In this document: positions 40,763 to 64,000 of the stretch, in pieces
How the letters are laid out: each line of letters starts with the position of its first letter
Numbering within the stretch: position 1 is the stretch's first letter
Assembly: GCA_904063045.1 (NCBI GenBank)
Contig: CAJFCJ010000002.1
Coordinates: 2,006,422 to 2,070,421, forward strand
Reading direction: 5' to 3'
Source: Dimorphilus gyrociliatus
Lineage: Eukaryota; Animalia; Annelida
Length of the DNA stretch: 64,000 nucleotides
Position numbers and translations under genes: made by a program
Notes under the pieces: generated by a model
Told to the model about the DNA's origin: nothing
The model's input: only the letters and a program-made list of their open reading frames with translations
Database searches by the model: none

Positions 40763-43186
40763 CTATTTATTTATTATAACCAAAACAATCGAGAACAGGG
40801 AGACTAAAACAAATTCGATTCCAACATATAAGAATTTAGGCGCAAACACTGTCCAGACGAACAAATGATAACGATTAATAACTGTACCAACCGAGAACAC
40901 ACAAAATTCTAGAGAAAACAATACCAAATTTAAATTAACATCTAAATCGGATCGTAATCGAGAAACTAAAGCGGTAAACCAATTGACTGGGCCGCTATAC
41001 GTGCACAAAAACATATTAAATGCGGCAATTGCTGGAACATTTTCAGTTAGACCAACAAAAGCCGAAGCAAGATCAACAGTAGAGAGTTTATTAGAATTAC
41101 CTAAGTAAAAAAATGAACTCTTACCGAATATATAGTATGCCAAAGAAATATCGACAGGCTTTAATCCTGTTGATAGCTTGAATAAGAGAATCTCTTGTAA
41201 ATACAAAATACTAAGAGCTGGAGCGTGTCTAGGCCTGAGAAGTAACAATGAAAAAATACATAAAGAATGTCTCCAGTTCCTATAGTATATACCTAATAAT
41301 AGACTTATTACAATCGCTGTTCTTGCATAAAACACTTGCACAACAAAGTATTTACTAACTCCTGCAAAAATTAGTCCTATTATAAACCATAAAAAAGCTG
41401 TATCTTTTGATAAAAAGCACCAAGCTATAACCAAGTTGGATATAAGGAAGATTACCACTAAATGGGTCTCGTTCTCATCCAAAAAATCGCCAACATCGGG
41501 TAAATGAGACCATTTGTCACCAGAAGAAGTCCAAATCCTTTGTAATCTACACAGTATACAAATAGCGACTGTTAACAGGCATGTTTGAAGCTTGGTTTTT
41601 GGACATTTTAAAATTGAATCTCTACACATTAAGACCACTATTGTTACAGAAAAAAGATAAAAGCATTGGTGTTCTTCTTCAATAAAACTTGTCGAAAGAA
41701 GAGAAAGAGAGTGTAAAATAAGCAAAAAGTAGTATTTTGGGAAAGGATGTCGAAGTGGTGAATTAGCTAATCCATAAACCATAATACATACTGTTAAAAG
41801 ACCAACCAAATTCACTATAATAGAAATACTAGAGAAAGCTGGTGATGTAGTTCTTCCTGTGGAAAATACTAATAAGCTTAACGATAAGAATCCAAATATT
41901 ATCCAAAAACTATAAGTTTTTGGAAATATTATTTCCTTTACAAACAGTAAATGCATGGTAGATACAACAACTATAATGACACCATACCATAGACCGAATG
42001 AGTCAAATTCAATAAAGTTATTCTTTTTATCATTACTTATTTTTTGTATGGCCGCTCTATAACTTTCAACTGCTTTCTTATAATGTTTCATTGAATTTGA
42101 AGTTAGAAATGTTTCATGAGAATGATAAGCTGCTTTTAGCATAAACGATGTTTCATCTGTTGCGAATATGGAAATTTGTTGGGCATTTGAGTGAAAACAT
42201 TTTAAAACATCTCTTGGAGAGAGAATATCTTCAACAGCTTCTCGTATAACAATCCCCAAGTTATTTTTGGGTATTGCTAAAGCAAACAGGCACGAAAGCG
42301 TTGGAACAGAATCAATTTGATTAACTTCAATATAATTCTTTCTTTTTCCATGGAATTGTTTTGAAAGCAGTATAAATGGAGTTTTTACTTCGGATTGTGA
42401 CGCTCCGCCGTGACTTCCAGCGTCATTCATTCCGTGATCTCCACAAACAACAATCAATGCTTTATCATCAAGATTATTGGAAATTAATTTTACGATGTCA
42501 CTCATCTCTTGTAGTTTAGGTGGGACCAAATGGCTTCTAGGACCAATTAAGTGGCCAATATGATCCAGACCGAGGTAGTGAAGAATCATTATTGACCAAT
42601 CCTTCTTATATATTTCGACTTTTACGTTTCTAGTAACATTTTGGTCAACCTCGGTATAATCGTTTACGAAAAATGATGTTGTTCCTTCTTCACGAGCAAA
42701 TTTGTCAGGAAAGAGTTTAATCCAAGTATCGTCACCGTAAAAAGTTATTTTATGATTGCTTTCCTTCAGTTGATAAATTATATTATCATATTGCAGTTCA
42801 GGGGAAGCTAAGTTTACGATTACATCAATAAAAACCGATACATCTCCTGTTGTTAGAGCCTTGATTCTCGGTAAAGTAACCGTTGGTATGTTAGCTTCAG
42901 CCTCAAACACTCTAGCTTGCCCATTATACATCAAGTCACGTATGAAAGGTATTTGTTCAACATGATCCATTCGTAAAGCATCAATAACAACAAAAACGAG
43001 TCTACTAAATGATTTTTCAGGTGGGGATGACACATTATTAGACGGTTCCCAAGCAACTTTTTTTACATCGTTGTAGCCGGTAATAGAGACTTTTGGAGGT
43101 AGATAACACTTAAATATTAAACAGATACCTATGAGATGAGTAAAAATAGCTAATAAAGATAATTTGGAAGTTATATTCATTGTCAT
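40763..43186 (-). CDS. PIGG: GPI ethanolamine phosphate transferase 2, single exon
   Basis: 807-aa ORF: VFVVIDALR, PTVTLPRIKALTTG, FYGDDTWIKLFP, HYLGLDHIGH, CGDHGMNDAGSHGG, multi-TM C-terminus with GNSNKLSTVDL and HLFVWTVFAPKFLY. Confidence 0.93.
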   Translation of the reverse strand: MTMNITSKLSLLAIFTHLIGICLIFKCYLPPKVSITGYNDVKKVAWEPSNNVSSPPEKSFSRLVFVVIDALRMDHVEQIPFIRDLMYNGQARVFEAEANIPTVTLPRIKALTTGDVSVFIDVIVNLASPELQYDNIIYQLKESNHKITFYGDDTWIKLFPDKFAREEGTTSFFVNDYTEVDQNVTRNVKVEIYKKDWSIMILHYLGLDHIGHLIGPRSHLVPPKLQEMSDIVKLISNNLDDKALIVVCGDHGMNDAGSHGGASQSEVKTPFILLSKQFHGKRKNYIEVNQIDSVPTLSCLFALAIPKNNLGIVIREAVEDILSPRDVLKCFHSNAQQISIFATDETSFMLKAAYHSHETFLTSNSMKHYKKAVESYRAAIQKISNDKKNNFIEFDSFGLWYGVIIVVVSTMHLLFVKEIIFPKTYSFWIIFGFLSLSLLVFSTGRTTSPAFSSISIIVNLVGLLTVCIMVYGLANSPLRHPFPKYYFLLILHSLSLLSTSFIEEEHQCFYLFSVTIVVLMCRDSILKCPKTKLQTCLLTVAICILCRLQRIWTSSGDKWSHLPDVGDFLDENETHLVVIFLISNLVIAWCFLSKDTAFLWFIIGLIFAGVSKYFVVQVFYARTAIVISLLLGIYYRNWRHSLCIFSLLLLRPRHAPALSILYLQEILLFKLSTGLKPVDISLAYYIFGKSSFFYLGNSNKLSTVDLASAFVGLTENVPAIAAFNMFLCTYSGPVNWFTALVSRLRSDLDVNLNLVLFSLEFCVFSVGTVINRYHLFVWTVFAPKFLYVGIEFVLVSLFSIVLVIINK

Positions 43187-43438
43187 TGACTGTCAATTAA
43201 AACTTTTAAGGATATTTATCATGTTTGTTTCGGTACTATGAAAATTGGAATCATAGGCCTGTAATTCAACATGGTTCCGATTTTTCAAAGAAGTGTCCAT
43301 TTATGCCCCGCATACAAATTTTTTAATTTTTAAAATTATTTAATATAAAATAAATAAGTAATAGCATATTTTAAGACTGTAAATAAAGAAATATACAGAG
43401 CGGAAATAAATTGATTTAATAAATGCGGAGCTAGCCAA

Positions 43439-43449
43439 CTTCCTTTTCC
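43439..43449 (+). promoter_or_regulatory. 5'-TOP/TCT-type pyrimidine tract at the RPS7 start
   Basis: CTTCCTTTTCC starting a short non-coding exon whose donor (AG|GTAGGG, 43468) splices to the AG immediately before the ATG. Confidence 0.6.
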
Positions 43450-43656
43450 GCCGCACGTTCAACGAAGGTAGGGAAATGCTGTTTTTTTGTAGAAAACCCT
43501 CATATTTTAGCCATATAAAAGACCTTATAAACCTTTTACCATTGGATATATATAGATCGATATATACTCCTGTATTCCCAAGTGTTATATAATTCTGATT
43601 GTATTTATTTGTCAAGATAATTTGGGATTTAATATGTGACATATTTGGCCTTTCAG

Positions 43657-44654
43657 ATGTATTCGGCAAGTGCGAAAATCTTAAAGCCTTCGGGCGTAAA
43701 GCCAGATGATTTTGAATCAAGCATCTCTCAAGCTTTGTTGGAACTCGAGATGAATAGTGACCTCAAAGCTCAACTCCGTGAATTGTACATCATCGGAGCC
43801 AAGGTAATTTTCTTTATCTACACAAGGCCAAGAAACTGCGAACAGCCGTTAATTCTTAGTAGTTTACTCTTGAATTAGATAAACGCAGTATTAGTGCTAC
43901 ATACTCATAACAAAATATTCTGTAATTAAATGTCTGAGTAATAAGTGCTTTGGCGGACAAAAGACTAACATGTTAATAGAGTTCAATCGAACAATCCTTT
44001 CTTCTAGATATCTAAAAATTCGTCTAACATTTAAGTTTTGACCATATGAAATTTACCCTTCAGGAAATTGACGCTGGAAGTAAGAAGGCGATCGTAATCA
44101 GCGTACCTGTTCCTCAGCTAAGATCCTATCAAAAAATTCAGAGTCGTCTTGTGCGTGAACTCGAGAAGAAGTTTAGTGGAAAACACGTCGTTATTGTAGC
44201 AAATAGGCGTATTCTTCCTAAACCATCAAGGAAAATGAGGAATAAAATGAAGCAAAAGAGACCACGTAGCAGAACGTTGATGGCGGTACATGATGCCATT
44301 TTGGAAGATATTTGCTTTCCTGGCGAAATTATCGGCAAGAGAATCCGCGTCAAGTTGGATGGTTCGAAGTTAATAAAAGTACATTTGGATAAGAACCAAC
44401 AAACCAATGTTGAACACAAGGTATGAATAAACATTTATTTTATCCAAAGTGTTGAGAACGCTGACAATCAATTTTTATTGTCTCGATAATTAAACTTTGG
44501 AAAATAAATTACGAGAGCATTTTTTACCTACTGAAAGTAAGATTCAATAGACTGATTGCTTTCGTATGCATTCCAGGTGGATACTTTCCAACACGTCTAC
44601 AAGAAACTAACTGGAAAAGATGTTGTGTTCGAATTTCCGGAGAATGTTCTTTAA
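43657..44654 (+). CDS. RPS7: 40S ribosomal protein S7 (eS7)
   Basis: [37 protein letters not shown]; [16 protein letters not shown]; KRPRSRTL; coding exons 43657-43803, 44064-44420, 44577-44654. Confidence 0.97.
44443..44570 (+). ncRNA. Candidate intronic box H/ACA snoRNA in the last RPS7 intron
   Basis: Two hairpins (TCCAAAGT/ACTTTGGA; TACGAGAGCA/TGCTTTCGTA) separated by an ANANNA hinge; the terminal ACA box is not canonical. Confidence 0.45.
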
Positions 44655-44754
44655 AGACCGATAAAGAAATAGAATAAAATACTTTATATGACGTGAATTA
44701 TTTTATTTAGTCAGATCTAGCATTCACAGTAAAAACATTTGTAGAGGAAATTGA

Positions 44755-45212
44755 CTATTGAGTGGTGGCGTTTGCCTGAGCTTCTTTTATTAGCCAGGCA
44801 GTCTCCATGAATTTTGTCATTTCTGACATCTTTGTAGGATGATGGAGTCGTTTGTCTGTCACATCTTTGTCAATCAACGGTTGAGTAATCCACCCGTATT
44901 CTTGATTTGTAGTTTGAGGATTTAGATACTTTCTTGTAGGTTCTTGTTGAGCTCGCTTCATAATACTGACAAAATGCTCATCTTCTTCTCCATCAACGTC
45001 ATGTAATGAATTAGGCTTTGGCGCAATAGTATGAACTGTAAATAATATGTTAACTCTCGAAGTTTAGGCGTTAATCGCTTACTTTTATGAAAAGGATTTA
45101 CGCTGTAATTAGTATACAGCTTCTGAGTTCTTGTCTCCTTCCTGATTGTCTCGACAAGGATGGCATTTTGATGTACTGGATTTTTAGGTACTCTTTCAGG
45201 TTTTTGAGTCAT
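44755..45212 (-). CDS. CFAP144: Cilia- and flagella-associated protein 144 (FAM183 family), two exons
   Basis: VHQNAILVETIRKE...YSVNPF, then EPTRKYLNPQTTNQEYGWITQPL...HHP..MSEMTKFM. Confidence 0.8.
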
Positions 45213-45586
45213 GGCAAGTATTTACTCGAAGTCTGCTTCTTCGTTTGATCACGTGTTAGACGGTTGCTAAACAAAACGCTTTCTTCGTACAAAGATAAAT
45301 AAATATCTCTTTATAATTACGTCTAAGTATAAGAAAATATCTTAAATTGGTTGGTACCTGACATTTTAGGAGAACTCTCAACTAAGAAAATTTGTACGAA
45401 AATATGTACATGCTGCTTCCGCTTCCTGTTTACCACTTGTGGATTTGATTGTGGTAGCCGGCGCGTACACGGGTAATATTCGTAATTTTAAGATACAACA
45501 TCACTTTTTGCTTTTATTTTACATGGTAAGGTTATAGAAAATGAAATTTTAACTTTACAGTTTCTAATAGAATCGATTATTGGTAG

Positions 45587-46321
45587 ATGAACTTCCAATC
45601 AAATGAACCAATGGTTATGGGTTCACCCCCATCTCCTCAAGCCTACTTGCCGAGTTACCTCTTAGGAGACACGAGCCTTACACAAAAAGATTCACTATCT
45701 CCTAAGTCCCCTTTACAAACAACAACTCCGTCAAAAAGAAAATCCTTAAATGTTTCATTTGCAACACCAGCAGCAACGGAAGTTCGTCAAACACCATCTT
45801 CATCGATTTTAAGTAAAGAAAAGGCTTCAAAGACATCTAAGCCACCAACAGTTGGTTTAATAGACGATGTAAGATCACCAATGAACGCTTCAATGTCATT
45901 TGTCGACAACAAAGACACTTCACTAAGTGAATCTTCATCTGATTTATGTGTCACCGTGTTTGGCTTTGCTCCTGCTTCGGCTTCCTCAGTTCTTCAGCAT
46001 ATGGCCCAGTACGGAAGTATAGTTCGTCAAGAATGTCCTCCCAATAAAAATTGGATGCATTTGCAATATCAAAATAAGATGCAAGCTAACCGAGCTTTAT
46101 CCAAAAACGCTAGAAAGATTGAGATGAATTTAATGATTGGGGTGACCCCATGCGTTGATGGCTCATTTTGCGAAAATAATCAGGTGCAGTCGACAATGAG
46201 ACCGCTTAACGCTGCCTACGAAACTGTAACAAAAGACACAGCTGTCTTTCAAGTGGCTGGAACTCCTACGAAATCAGATTCGATAGTCGGAAAGGCAATG
46301 GAATACTTTCTGGGATGGTAA
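45587..46321 (+). CDS. NUP35: Nucleoporin Nup35/Nup53, single coding exon
   Basis: EPMVMGSP...YLPSYLLGD, KPPTVGL, RRM-like VTVFGFAP...NWMHLQY...ALSKN...MIGVTPC, C-terminal amphipathic IVGKAMEYFLGW. Confidence 0.93.
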   Translation: MNFQSNEPMVMGSPPSPQAYLPSYLLGDTSLTQKDSLSPKSPLQTTTPSKRKSLNVSFATPAATEVRQTPSSSILSKEKASKTSKPPTVGLIDDVRSPMNASMSFVDNKDTSLSESSSDLCVTVFGFAPASASSVLQHMAQYGSIVRQECPPNKNWMHLQYQNKMQANRALSKNARKIEMNLMIGVTPCVDGSFCENNQVQSTMRPLNAAYETVTKDTAVFQVAGTPTKSDSIVGKAMEYFLGW

Positions 46322-46667
46322 ATGTTTCTCTTTTGTTCAAGAAAAAAAATATTCATTCTAGAGAGTAAATATGAAAAGAGATTGCATTTTAAGAAACGAG
46401 ATCTCTATAAAGATTTTATAAAAAACCGCGTGTTTTTTCTTATTTGTTACGATTACAAACTGATGTTTTAAAAATTTGTTGATAAAAAGCAGATAACTGT
46501 TGAGATCTCGTATCTTTTTACATTACAGTTGTTAATAGTATTCATAATACATTAATAAACACCTAAACCTAACAAAAAAAACGATTTTTTCAAGTGCTTA
46601 TTTAACAGCTAGAACAACAAGGAAAAATTTGCAAAAGTGTCTTTGATGTTATTTATGCAGTATCATT

Positions 46668-63468
<16,801 letters not shown>

Positions 63469-63630
63469 ATTGATAATCTCCCTTTTTTACGGTTAAATTC
63501 TAAAAGACAATTCCATAATGATGCAGAAAACAAACCTTACAGATCCGTTTTAGTCGGCCAGAGAATGCCAACTGCAAACTGGTCGCTGCGGCGTCTCTTT
63601 ATTATTCATGTAGATGGCTCACGCCAGTTG

Positions 63631-63638
63631 TGACGTCA
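63631..63638. promoter_or_regulatory. Palindromic CRE (TGACGTCA) upstream of otoferlin
   Basis: Perfect CREB/ATF consensus about 160 nt upstream of the otoferlin ATG. Confidence 0.4.
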
Positions 63639-63966
63639 CTATTCAACTTTAGCTTGTCGTTCGTACAAAACATCGCATCTTATGTTACACTCACTACACT
63701 CTTTATTCGTAACAGTCATTAAAAAAAATAATAAAACATATATCATAAAAAAATGAAAGAGGGCACTTTTTTTATCAATTAATTTTAGAATGCAAGATAC
63801 GTTTTAAAATCCTAAATCGCAAATAAAAAGCAGTTAGCGGTTACTTTTAACATCAAGGAACGACTTTGAGCTAAAATTTCATCTTGGACTTAGTGTCTCC
63901 TGAGGATCGTATAATTCTGTTGCTAATCAAACGTTGCACCGTTGTGCCGTATGTATTTTCTTTCCT

Positions 63967-63989
63967 CTTCTTCTTCTTCTTCTTCTTCT
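63967..63989. repeat. (CTT)n microsatellite
   Basis: Direct run. Confidence 0.85.
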
Positions 63990-64000
63990 GCTTGCTCATT

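Noticed and set aside
40763-43186. Horizontal transfer as the reason PIGG is intronless
   Set aside because: Protein is a typical eukaryotic PIGG and base composition matches neighbours; intron loss is simpler.
45262-45276. RFX X-box in the CFAP144 promoter (GTTGCTAAAC)
   Set aside because: Only a half-site; the second half of the palindrome is missing.

Overview
Eukaryotic (animal) genomic DNA: AT-rich, gene-dense, with most introns only about 50-65 nt. It looks like a compact-genome lophotrochozoan, possibly an annelid such as Dimorphilus; that taxon is inference only. Genes in order: striated-type myosin heavy chain (3' end runs off the window), Canopy/CNPY2, GMP reductase, NSUN6, three tandem COT(MAP3K8)/NIK(MAP3K14)-family kinases, a polypeptide GalNAc-transferase, two head-to-head orphan ORFs, a GT92 glycosyltransferase pseudogene interrupted by a Tc1/mariner-type MITE, a four-TM2-domain protein, kinesin-13 (KIF2), PIGG, RPS7 (candidate intronic snoRNAs), CFAP144/FAM183, NUP35, and a complete otoferlin gene with a 6.2-kb first coding intron. 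The most unusual locus is the kinase cluster at 12.9-21.0 kb. One member is an intron-containing NIK-like kinase that also carries a two-site TAZ-type zinc finger and a 54-bp coding minisatellite; two intronless, catalytically divergent paralogues lie beside it. No prokaryotic features, CRISPR arrays, tRNAs or rRNAs were seen. All family assignments come from my recognition of motifs, not from database searches.
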